Assembly: GCA_000320545.1 (NCBI GenBank)
Contig: ADNK01001085.1
Location: 1-42,166 of the forward strand
Origin: Bigelowiella natans CCMP2755
Lineage: Eukaryota; Protista; Cercozoa
DNA: 42,166 nt
Reading direction: 5' to 3'
Shown here: piece by piece, positions 1 to 11,296 of the stretch
Numbering within the stretch: the stretch's first letter is position 1
Layout: each line of letters starts with the position of its first letter
Notes under the pieces: generated by a model
Told to the model about the DNA's origin: nothing
The model's input: the letters and a program-made list of their open reading frames with translations, nothing else
The model's database searches: none
Translations under genes and position numbers: made by a program

Positions 1-260
1 GGAGATTGAGTTGACCCCGACCTACGTTACCAAGCGTGGGGGGGATGGGGGTTCGTTCTTCTCGTGGTTCTCAGGGGGGTCAACGGGTGGGGGTCTTTAG
101 GCGGTCCTCCGCCGCAGTCCTGAATGTGGAGGAGGGGAGGGGAGAAAAGAATTTATTTAGAAACAGTATCGATTTGGTTGTGTGATACATCAAGTGACGA
201 CTACACGAGATATACCATTGCCACCACCATAGACGTGGCGGCAAACCAGGAAATATTTAT

Positions 261-343
<83 letters not shown>

Positions 344-390
344 ATGCACACCTGATACTTCGCTGGTTTTACGGCCAGACATTGCATTTT

Positions 391-1875
391 TGATCATCAA
401 AATCTGGGGTAGAGGATAAGAATTTTCAGGGAAGAAGTTTGTTTCATTGTCGTTCTCTTAGAGCCATCATCGTAATCATCATCATCATCATCATCATGAT
501 AAACATTATCCTCATCATCACCGCCAGCAGCATCATCGTCTCATCGTCAGTTAGATGATACTACCATCAAAGGGGGGCTTGCAGTTGTAAGCTCATCGAT
601 CACTTGGCCATCCTTGATGAAGAGGAATAGCGGTCTTGGACTAATCTTCATATACTGATCGACGATAGGTATCTTGAACTTTTCATCCCATTCTTGCTCT
701 TCATCATTCTCCTCCTCACCATCGTCGGTCTTTTCTTCTTTCCCTTCCTCCTTCTTCTCGTCATCGCCTCCCTTCTGATCTCCACCGTCGGTTGGGGGCT
801 GCGGGTAGATACCAAAAGTAACGCTTTTGATGATGAATTTGTTGTTGATGCTGTTGTTGTTGTTGTTGTTGATGATGATGATGATTGCAATGATAGTGGG
901 TGGACACTCGATCATCATAATCGTCGTCGTCGTCACCAACTTTCAACATCGCGTGGCGGGTACAACGCTCAAGCAAAGGAAAAACAAAAAATGGGAGATA
1001 AATGAAGCTGAAACGACAGATCAATGAGAGGGTGCTTGCAGCAATTCAGTCTTGCAAGACGGAGTAAAAGAAAATATGGTGATGGATCACTTGGCTCTCC
1101 TTCGTGTTTTCTTTCTTCTTTTCTGCAGGAGCAGCGCCGCCGTTCATAGCCGCCTGGCGTGCAGCAAGCATGGCCCTTTCAGCCTGAATGAGTGATAATG
1201 CTGAAGTTTAATCAAAAGGCAGGTGCTAATGGTAACAGATTCTACGGAAAATCCTTCGTAAATACGGCTGCATACAAACTCGGTGGGTACCAGAAACCAT
1301 GGATTCATCGTCGTTTAAGACACACATGCGCGCGCGCGGTTATTAGACGTTGTCCCTGCAACAGTAGTGCTTTCTACTACTGATACAACTACTACTACAA
1401 CCTCTTTCTTTTTCTCTTCAGCCATACGGGCCTTGACATCTTCATCCATCGTGGTGAGGTTCACTTGCACAAACTGAATGATTTTCTCTGCGTCCTCCTA
1501 TTGAGTGTGCGAGTTAGAAGGGCCAGATGAAAACGACAGAGACAAGCACAGCGAACCGACGCTTCTACCTCATTCATCATGAATTTGTTGATCGTTGGTT
1601 TCATGACGTCACATGGCCCGAAAACATCCGAGTATATCTCTGCAACTAACATTTATGATAATGAAAATCAGCTGCAACCTCTATCACAAAAAATCAGTTC
1701 AGTGCGAGAAGTTCAATGGACTTCATTCACAACCATCGCGCAGATGCTTGAATACCCATCTGGACATTATGCTCCATAGAAGGAATCCTCATCTACCACA
1801 TTCTCATCAACTAGCATAATTACCAGTTAAACCAGGGAACTCGAGCTTTTGCACCCATTCGGCAACGTCCGCCAT
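391..1875 (-). CDS. Thioredoxin-fold protein (NME8/9 or outer-arm dynein light-chain type), multi-exon; 3' end unresolved
   Basis: Start MADVAEWVQKLEFP at 1875. Exon VAEIYSDVFGPCDVMKPTINKFMMNE resembles the Trx active-site region. Exon PRPLFLFIKDGQVIDELTTASPPLM resembles the Trx C-terminus. Acidic exons lie between them. Confidence 0.7.
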
Positions 1876-2482
1876 TCTTTGGCGAAATTCCTAGGACCCC
1901 CAAGGTAAAATATATGTATTATTGACAAAACTTTGACCAAGAGTCATGTGCTCCCTCGGCGACATTCAAAAGATATATGGACGTGTAGGTTACTGCACAG
2001 CTAGCACAGCAGCACAGCAGCACATCAGCATTTCCAACAACCGTACGCAGTGTGACGCTTCACGAAATATATGAGAACATCAACCTTTTCCTTCTTTCCA
2101 GCCATCTTGTTTCTTTTCGAGCGAGCTTTTCAATAAATGCAATAGACGCGCAACGAGAAGGGGGATGGGCACTGCTCCGTTTCTTCTCCAAACGAATCAG
2201 CTGCTTGTGGTCAAGATTATATGCTGCGGAGCCCGAAATACGAAACGCCGGCGGTTTAAATCTCAAACCTTCTATTTTGCATGACGCTTTTTAATATTAT
2301 AGACCAATTATGAAAATCTATAATTTAATTGGCGCTTTCCTCCAGACGTGAAATGGCTAGTTCGTAGTAACGGCGTTGCCCAGACAGAGTGGTGGTGGCA
2401 GGGATTTCCTAAAACAGTCCGATTTTACAACTGCGACAACAAATTCAGGAAAAATGGAAGCCCGGCCGGTCGTCGTCGCCTG

Positions 2483-4407
2483 ATGTCTCGTAACCTTCGA
2501 GTACTTGCAGGCAAGCTGCATCCCTCCTCCGTGATTCGAAGGATCTCTCAGAAGTACCGCCGATCGCTTTCCTCATCAGCGCAGCTTCTTCCCAATGCTC
2601 ACTTCCAAAGAATTATTGAGCGGTTCCCTCCCTGCGAGTTCTCCTGCGCGTATGGCAGCGGTGTCTTTCGGCAGATCGGCTACGAGGGCAATGGCAAAGA
2701 GGGGAGCGACGAAGATGTAATTTTGGCAATATTTATCCCCTTTCGATTGTTTCCTGATTGCGAAAATGTTGAGATCGAAGATTGAAAAGCGATCAGCTAG
2801 AAGAATAACCGTGACATTTGTTCTGTCATCTTGCACCATATTTTGATTTGTTACAGGCCCCCCTGCCAATGCTAGACTTGATTCTTGGTGTGGAAGATTC
2901 GGAGCAGTGGCATGGCGACAATCTGCGAAGAAATCCAGGCGACTACTCATGGCCGTTGTCGTGGTTGCCACCAAGCGCTTCCAAAACCATCCAGGAGACG
3001 GGTGGAGCTCACATGTTGTATCACCCCTACGTGGATGTTGACATATTGCCGACAGAAAAGAAAATTGAATCAAATACTGGGTTGAGGACAGAGCAACGGC
3101 AGCAGATAAAATACGGGGTGATATCCATGAAGCACCTGCAAAGCGATCTTCTTCATTGGGACACGCTTTTCTGTGCGGGCAGACTGCACAAACCAGTAGT
3201 TTTAATCAATTCCAATCCCATGATAGAGGAACTGCTCCTTAAAAATCATAAGGCAGCGCTCACATGTGCACTTCTCATGTTGCCAGCAGTGTTTACGGAA
3301 GAAGAGCTGTTCTACACTCTCGCAGGGCTTAGCTACTCTGGCGACCCTCGATTTCTTCTTGGTGCAGAGAATTCATCGAAGGTAAGTAACTACTGCCATT
3401 ATGTGGGGAATAGTGGGTTATATACGTGCGGGGGCGGGGAAAGGGGGGGAGAGGGGGGCTAAGAAAGAAAGATATTGCGACCCGTGAGATGGTGGCAGTT
3501 TACAAGAATACTATCCCATCATGAATCTATGATTTCTGCGTTTCACAGGGTATTTGCCGTTATGGTTACTTACAGTACGTCATGATGTGTAATTGGTCAC
3601 TTGATCGTCGGCATACTTCCTAAACATGCATGTGTACATCATTCTAAGGTCGAGAATATAGTCAACGCCAACCTGGAAGGCTTCCGTGCGATCTACCGGC
3701 CTCTCATTGACGACATAGATTTCATAAGACTAAAGAGCAGGTCACAAGAGGTAGAGGTAGAGGGGGGGCAGCAGGAAGAAACATCAGAAGCGGCAACAAC
3801 TTTTGTCCGATTACCAATGGAGACTGTTGATGTGAAGAACATTGTCGAAAGACACTTACCTTCTGAGTTGCGGAGGCGCATCAACGTGACCTCGGAGATG
3901 ATAAACTCCTTTGCTCATCATCCCCATCATCATGATCATCATCACCACCAGGCATTCAAGATAGCTCTGATTAGAGGTTTATTTGTTGTTCTCTATCTTA
4001 CTTTCCCCGAACACAATTGGCGAATACTACTGACGCAACTATGGTGATAGGGCTCCGTGCAATAGTGAGAGAAGCTTCTGGCATGAAACATATGTTAAAA
4101 GGGCTGTTGACGGCAGGTATCCCTGTTCAAAAGAAATTGCTGAACTTGCATTTCATGTCTGCGTGGATGTTCCCTCATTGCACTCCAAAACTTCGGTCCT
4201 CTCTGCAATTCTCCTTCTCCTAATTAGTTGACTGCTTACTTGCTGCATGTTAAAAGTTGTACGTGAGAGACGATGTGATACACCTTATTCCTCATATCAG
4301 GGATACCAAAGTCTACCTTATATGTTGCTTCCAAATTGAAGAAGGGGCTTTTTAGCAAGGGCCGTTTCAGCAGTAACAACAAAAGAGCCCCCACCAGCAG
4401 TAACTAG
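2483..4407 (+). CDS. TAM41: Mitochondrial phosphatidate cytidylyltransferase Tam41, 5 exons
   Basis: Motifs AYGSGVFRQ, MLDLILGV, IKYGVIS, AGRLHKPV, GLSYSGDPR, KVENIV and KGLLTAG. Arg/Ser-rich mitochondrial-type presequence. Last exon 4301-4407 ends in TAG. Confidence 0.93.
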
Positions 4408-4499
4408 ATGAATGCGAACGATCGTAACAGTTCCAATCAAGGGTATCGATGCTCTCTGAGTGGCAGCGGCTAAATCTATGCTAGCATATTTCAGCCTAT

Positions 4500-4600
4500 A
4501 TGTGAGATGGATGTAATGAAATGATTAAATTCTTTCAACTGCCATCCTGATTAATTGTGCTGCAGAGCATACTAGCATACAGCGCCTAAGTTGCAATTTG
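4500..4600 (+). repeat. Dispersed intergenic repeat copy (TGTAATGAA..TAAAT..TTCAA family)
   Basis: Aligns by eye with 26380-26425 and 26636-26730. Confidence 0.7.
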
Positions 4601-5268
4601 ATCGTTTCCGCAATTATGTGTTCTTTCATGCGTGTAGCTATGTTTGTTATATATAACCGCAGCACATGCGACTTTTTGCATACGCAATCGTCGCAGAATA
4701 TCTACGCCTTACATCCCAGCGCAGCGCACTATGCTACGCATGACAATGCGCGTAACGTTTTAGAAAAACCAGGCAGATATGGCTAGAGTCCTAGCTGCTA
4801 GCTAGCTATGCAAGTTTCCCTCAAATAAACAGAAAGCTAAAGAAGGGACACGTAGTTGACCGTGTACGGCATGTCACATAGGCTAGTAAGCTAGTAGGCG
4901 CTCTACTTCGGTGCACACGTATATATGCTTCGACTACTAGACTTGAATGCACGCCCAGCGTAGAAATCGCTAGTAGCAACACGCGAACAAATGTGTACTC
5001 CAAGTAGATACAGAACAGGCGAAACATGAACGTGCGGAACAGCGCCATTGCATTGACTCTGCAAGATCACGACGCATGATGCAGTAGCAATCGCACAGTT
5101 AAAACAGACTATCTTGAACGAACACACAAATCAAATCAGAGCATTAGTCATAGAGTAGCCGGTGCTAAATAACGCACAAAATCTGCTATCAACTGTCCGG
5201 AAACATCACGGCGAGCCCCCAATCCATTTTTGCGAACCTACTCGGCTCATGGCAACTTGAGTCTTTGC

Positions 5269-6654
5269 TTATTTTGTACCGGAATCCTCGGAAAGAAATA
5301 CCGGGAGCACTTTCTTTTTGGCGTATTTGTAGAAATTCCCGCTTGGCCTACCACCTTCCGTGTAAGGCCTTCCATAGTTCTGTGGTAATTATCACAAAGG
5401 AATTACGACAAGTTGCCAACATGAGAGCCTGAACAGTCGGCTAGCTGATATACCTGCAAAGCCAGCTTGTCACCTTTTAGAATGTCATCTGCATTTTCCT
5501 AAAACAGGGCACACTTAAATAAGGTGGCGTTGTCGTGATACATCTCATGGTGGAGGCGAACCTTCAATAGTTTGAAGTCGCCCGATTTAGCGACTGTTTT
5601 CCCCTATTGTAGTTATAATACACCACATTCCCAACTGTGTGTAAGATGAATAGCATGTTTGGACGTAATCCTGAGTTCGGCATACATGTCATAATCATCG
5701 CTACTGTTTGGTGATGGCGGTGGTGTGTGTGTGTGTGTGTGTGTTTGTGTGTGTTTGAAATTACATTGACGATAACTCGAGTGAAATCTTTGGCATTCCA
5801 ATTTGATAGTGCCCTGATGAGTATGTGTGAAAATTCCAAAACGATAAAACCCTTACTCAAGAAAGAGAATATGGATAAGATGATGATTATGAGATTCTGC
5901 TTAACGCGAAGATCATACAGACGATTGCATGTGGCACCGACACTCTTCTCATTGATGTGTACAAGATGGCCGACATTCGTCATCATCATCCTCATCATCG
6001 TCACCTGTGACTCATTCCATATCTAGCATAGGCCTAGATTACATAAGAATAAGCAAAAGAAGAACAACAAGGAGCAGGAAGAGCTCAAAATCGATGCTAC
6101 ACAATGACAGAATCATTTTGCAACAACAACAACTGGTTATTGAAGAAATAGCGTTTGGTTTTGCGTTGCCATTGACAGCCGAGTCTTCAGGGAGACAGCA
6201 AAAACAACACATTGCTTCTCATCAAACCTTCGTCCAGTATTCGTCGTATCGGACTCCTGCAGCGTCGTGCACAAGACACCATAGCCGGAAAGGATAAAAT
6301 GGTTATATTGAAGTCTACATTACATGCCACCACCAGCACCAGCAAACAGTGTACAGTAACTAGCGATAGTACAACACCTTTTGCTTCGATTATTCGGATC
6401 AATTCCTGAATATCCATCTCCCGTGCATTCTGCAATGGGTGGAGAAATGAAGAAGATGTTGTGCAATTTCACGATTGTAGCGCGATTGCATGGGGATTCT
6501 GCTGCTGCTACTACTGCTGCTGCTTGGCCACTGCTACCTTTATCGGCATTCCCAGCTTGAGGGCGCTCTAAAGGTGGTGTTGTATTATTAGCGTTATAAG
6601 TCTTGAGAGTGAGCATTGTGATCATGTTGCCGAATCCTAAAGCACAGAGCCACC

Positions 6655-6686
<32 letters not shown>

Positions 6687-6808
6687 CAACAACCAAAAAG
6701 CTGGGCGATATTACGCTATGCTATCCACCTGAACGTATTCGACCGGAAAGAACCGCCCATATGTGAAGTGCCGTCCTTCAAGGTACCTAGGTCGTAGCAG
6801 CGGCAGTG

Positions 6809-6840
<32 letters not shown>

Positions 6841-6866
6841 TGATGTTGTTGTTGTTGTTGTTGTTG

Positions 6867-6900
<34 letters not shown>

Positions 6901-7354
6901 GATAGCTAGATTTTTGCCCCTCCCCATCCTTCTCCTCCTCTTCCTCCCCCCTCCCTGCCAATTTCTCATCATGATCATGATCATCATCAATGCTGTTACT
7001 ACATTGAGTAGTGGAATGGAGTCAGCGGGGGAAGCATACTTTGAAGATGCAGCCAATACTAACAATAATATCAGGCAAAGGAGAAACAGCAGAACCAACC
7101 GACTAAAATCGAATTCGATTCTCATGGGAGCACCCGGACGGTGCTATGCGCTTGTTTTGCATTCTCATGAGCAGCATCGTCACTCACTTGGCTCGGAGGG
7201 AAATTTAGGCCAGATATCAGATGTTTTTCTAGAGATTTCGCGTCATGACTCTTCCCGTTCTTGAGAATCTGAAAAGGCATAGCCAACAAGGAGCGGATAG
7301 CAGAAAGCAGCAACTCAACATACACACGTATGTACACACATACTCTTCCCGCTA

Positions 7355-7444
<90 letters not shown>

Positions 7445-7688
7445 TTAATAGGCAAATGTATTACTTTGCGTTCTCATCATGTTATTTCTGTATGCCTAAA
7501 TCTTACCTTGTGCTTCCATTCCTCGTTGCCTATGAACTGTTTTTCAATGACCTTGAAAGCCGCTGAATACCTTTGAGAAACAAGACGAATTACGATGTAT
7601 GTATCACGGTAGATTTGTCGATGAAGTCTGTTCTTCCATAAAAATGCAACGTGATCTATCATAGCTAGTAGGATGTCGCTTAGTCGCA

Positions 7689-7726
<38 letters not shown>

Positions 7727-8822
7727 TGAGTCCAAGAGATCCAATCCTTTTTTCAGGGTTTTCAAAGAGGCTGACGCACCAATGATAGGAATGACGATGA
7801 TGGTAAAAAACAAGCTCTCAGATACGTTTATAGAGGATACAAGTGCAACAATGTTTTGACTATCTACTCCGCCTCTCTTCTCTTCTGCTCCCTCCTCTAT
7901 CTTACATTCTCAAATCCTGAATAAAGCTCTCCTCTTTCCCCACCCCCCCCCACACTCCTCTCTCTTACATTCTCAAGTCTCGAACATAGCAGTCAGTCGG
8001 GATACAATTGATATGGCATGGTGTTATTGCCATTAGATCATCGAACACTAACAGCTTCGGGCACTTATAAAATTGTGCAGCAATCAAAACGGCAGATATG
8101 AGAGATCATGGTTGCATCCATTTGGCGCAGTAGCTGCTACTGCTTAATGATCGATTCACATTAAAAGATGACTCGCACCTGATGGCGTATCGATATTGTG
8201 AAAGGAAATGGCCCTAGAATGTTTTGGAAAATATATTGGATGAGTATTCTAGGTAGACGACGGTGGCGACGGCGACATGTAGACGTTCAGAAATCGGTGC
8301 AGCGACCTTTTTGGATCCCATACACAAATCCGGCGAATACGTTATTCGGGTAGGAAACGTCGACATTTCTGAAGGTAGTAATAGAGGAAGAAGTCAAACA
8401 GGACGAGATTGGAGCTTGCCATGAACAAACACCTCACTACATGTCCCATTCACCCCACATACTCTAGGGAGAATCCACAGCTATTGCAGCTCGAGAGCGT
8501 GAAAGCGTTTACTTTCCCGCAATTTGGACACTTTTTCACCTATGGAAGCCACAACGTTGACAAACATGAGAATTCATCGTTAAGAGGTATGACGCGAAGA
8601 CTTCCTCATCATGCCTTGTTCTTGAGTTGGTCAGAAGCCCATTTGTTGCCATGGATAGCGAGGAAATCGTCTGGAGTACCCTTAATCTCGGGTGGGCATT
8701 CGTCATCTTTAGGGACATCTACATGGGGAAAGGATCCTGTTTTTGCTCCGGCCAACGTGAAGAAGCAAGTTCCATTGCTTCCACCGTCGGACTCTAAAAG
8801 CTGCTCCATTGATCTCGGTGCT
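5269..8822 (-). CDS. Zn-ribbon plus HIT-like fold protein of about 390 aa, at least 18 short exons; start uncertain; one apparent frameshift
   Basis: Phase-consistent splicing gives ...KCPNCGKVNAFTLSSCNSCG...LLVFDDLMAITPCHINCIP...GLNFPPSQYWLHLQSMLPPLTPFHYSMYLEGRHFTYGRFFPVEYVQ...DKLALQNYGRPY...SGTK*, with TAA at 5269-5271. Confidence 0.72.
7358..7440. repeat. Compound intronic microsatellite (CT)n(CA)n(TA)n, representative of dozens of intronic SSRs
   Basis: Directly visible; similar compound arrays at 263-345 and 28531-28636. Confidence 0.95.
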
Positions 8823-9151
8823 CTGGATAAACGCATTCGAATACACACATATAAACGCGTGTTGGTGGAAGAGAAATACAGCTATCTAGAAAAGGGGGGG
8901 TCACAAAGAAAGGAGATCTTGCACAGACATGTGGTTGGTGGAGTGGCTCGGTCGGGACACGTTCTGGGCACGTTCTGGGCTCCGAATTTCTGGTTTGGAT
9001 TCCGAAGGCATCTGGTGAATTTTGTGGTTAATTCGCCATCACAACTCAGTCGTAGCTGTTAAATCTCCTTGGTATAAGGATTTCTGACCTTCGGAAACGT
9101 ACACGTCGCCATTCTAAACATCTACCGTTAGATAGATGGGGTACTGGTAGA

Positions 9152-10493
9152 ATGCACCAGCTACTGGTCGAAGCAGACACCAGCGAGGCAAAGGGGAGAG
9201 AGATGAACTCAGAGAAGCTGGGTTCATCTTATAGGAGTTTGCACAGTTTGCACAGATCGAGATGGACCGCAACCTTCTTGCTTGGGGACACTAGGACCCG
9301 ATGTGCCCTGCTTTTCCCTGCTGTGGCTATTGCTTTAGCTTGTTTCGGTGTAGTTGGATCTTTTACGGTTATTGTTGATGTTGAAAATGTACTCTTGGTT
9401 AAAATATGGGCCATACTTACCTTCGTAAGTCCAATTGTACAAATTTTCTGCAATACATACTTCGGCAGCTGGCTAATTAAGACACAGAAGCTGCAGACGT
9501 TCCAAAACTGGGTAGTAAACAACACAAATCTAAGTGTTGAGGAAATTGAACGTCCTCTGCGTATTCAAGAAAAATCCATGGTCTTTCTAGCAATTGGCTT
9601 GTTCACTGTTTGGCCTGGAATGAACCTTTATGTTACTTTTACCGAAGAAATTAGCTTCTGGATATACGCAGTGGGTTCCATTGGCCTGGCATACAGCTTT
9701 ATTCAGGTCCTAAGAAAATTCGTATGATTTCAGGGGAGAACACTTTACTTGCACCCAAAAACTACTTTTATCGGATATTTAATTTGTTCAATCTCTAACA
9801 TTATAGCATACACAGACTTTTCACCTTTGCGGAATATGGATCTGGCAAAATTGGGCAATGTCAAAGGCGTTAAAGCATTATTTAAATAAGTGCTACTGTC
9901 AGCGACCACGCAATGCAATTAATCTTCCTAATGGAAAGACTCTTCTATTATTGCTCGAAACGTGCTCCGAAATTTCAGATGAGTGGATGTTCAATCACCA
10001 GTCGCGTTGCATATGCACAGTTACCATAGGTACAGCCCACATGGGCATATTTCTTGCTGTCATCACTAATGATGTCATCCCATCGGCAATGAAAGCATTT
10101 TCGGCTTGGATGATATTCGTCGCTATCGTGTCTTATATGGTTGTAGTTGTGACATCCTTCGTACCCGGCTACTACATGGACAACTTTTTCGATGGAGTAC
10201 AGAATCATATCGCAAATTGTGCTGAGGGGATCGTTATTCAGGATAGGAAAGAATTGGTGAGTTTAGAACACAAAGAGAGGGCTATCAATTGTGAGGTATC
10301 TACAAAAATTGATCCAATAAAATTAGAGGCTACTCTTTTGATGCAACGCTTGGAGTATCTACGTGGAATTCGTGGCATATCTTTTGCAGGGTTCTACATG
10401 ACAAAATCAGATTCAATTAAGGTCGCCTCTGTGGTTGGTTACATCATCTTCAGCATCACATTAGCTATATATACAGCCTCGTTGAATGTTTGA
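9152..10493 (+). CDS. Seven-transmembrane protein, 7TMIC/gustatory receptor-like topology; exons 9152-9706 and 9816-10493
   Basis: Two long ORFs are joined by a phase-0 GT-AG intron. There are seven hydrophobic segments, and the C-terminus reads GISFAGFYMTKSDSIKVASVVGYIIF. Confidence 0.75.
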
Positions 10494-11296
10494 AGACGGG
10501 AAACAGTGAGATGGCGATTACGACAAGATTTAGAAGGACCCAACGTCTCGTGCAGCTCAACTTGTCTAGTTTTGTGTCTGTGGAGATGTCCCTTTGCAAC
10601 ATCTGCATGTGCATTTCACGTGCATGAGCATCATGTGCCATCATTGCATGCGCATGCTGTGGCTAGCATGTGGAGGCATGTTGTCTTGAATCGACTACGC
10701 ACTTGTTGTGTTTCCATCTGCATCATGTGCACTGGTGAGTTCTGCATCACCACTGGTGAGAGCTAGATGCAGACACAGCTAGTAGCAGACAGTTGCATGG
10801 AGAGACAGAGTTGCATTTGTGTTGCAACTGCGATGCTGCACGAGCAAAAATCATGTGTAGCAAACAAACTTGTCTCCATTTGCTCAGTTGCAGCACACGC
10901 AGTGAGCGTGCATGATGCCAGTGATGGCGCGCATCTGCTCCGCCTGCCAGCCTGCATGTGCATTTTTTCGAGCTCATACATGACAACCGCCTCCCTCCCC
11001 CGCCAACCATCATCATCTGATCAACATCACATGCATGATCATGGCACTGCCACCACCACTGCTGCTGCTGCTGCTGCTACCGCTAGGTGAAGCGTTTGAT
11101 TGTGGTCGATCCCGACGTTGTCAGGCATCCCATTTCTCAATTCATTGGATGTCACCTCCCCATCGTGATGACAGTGCGCGCTTCTGAATGTAGTCGTGGT
11201 GCTCATATTCGTCGCAATGATGATGGTAGGAAGAGAGGAAGAAGAAGAAGAGCAACAACAACATCAAGAAGAAGAAGAAGAAGAAAGATCTCTCTC

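Noticed and set aside
6787-7264. ORFs with poly-V/S/T/L tracts and an apparent signal peptide
   Set aside because: They are read-throughs of intronic microsatellites; the real exons are in another frame. The same applies to many [12 protein letters not shown] ORFs in the track.
8409-9062. 217-aa plus-strand ORF
   Set aside because: It is antisense to exons of the HIT-like gene and has no recognisable motifs.
10506-11090. Cys/His/Met-rich ORFs
   Set aside because: The composition results from TG/CA-rich decayed DNA, not protein coding.
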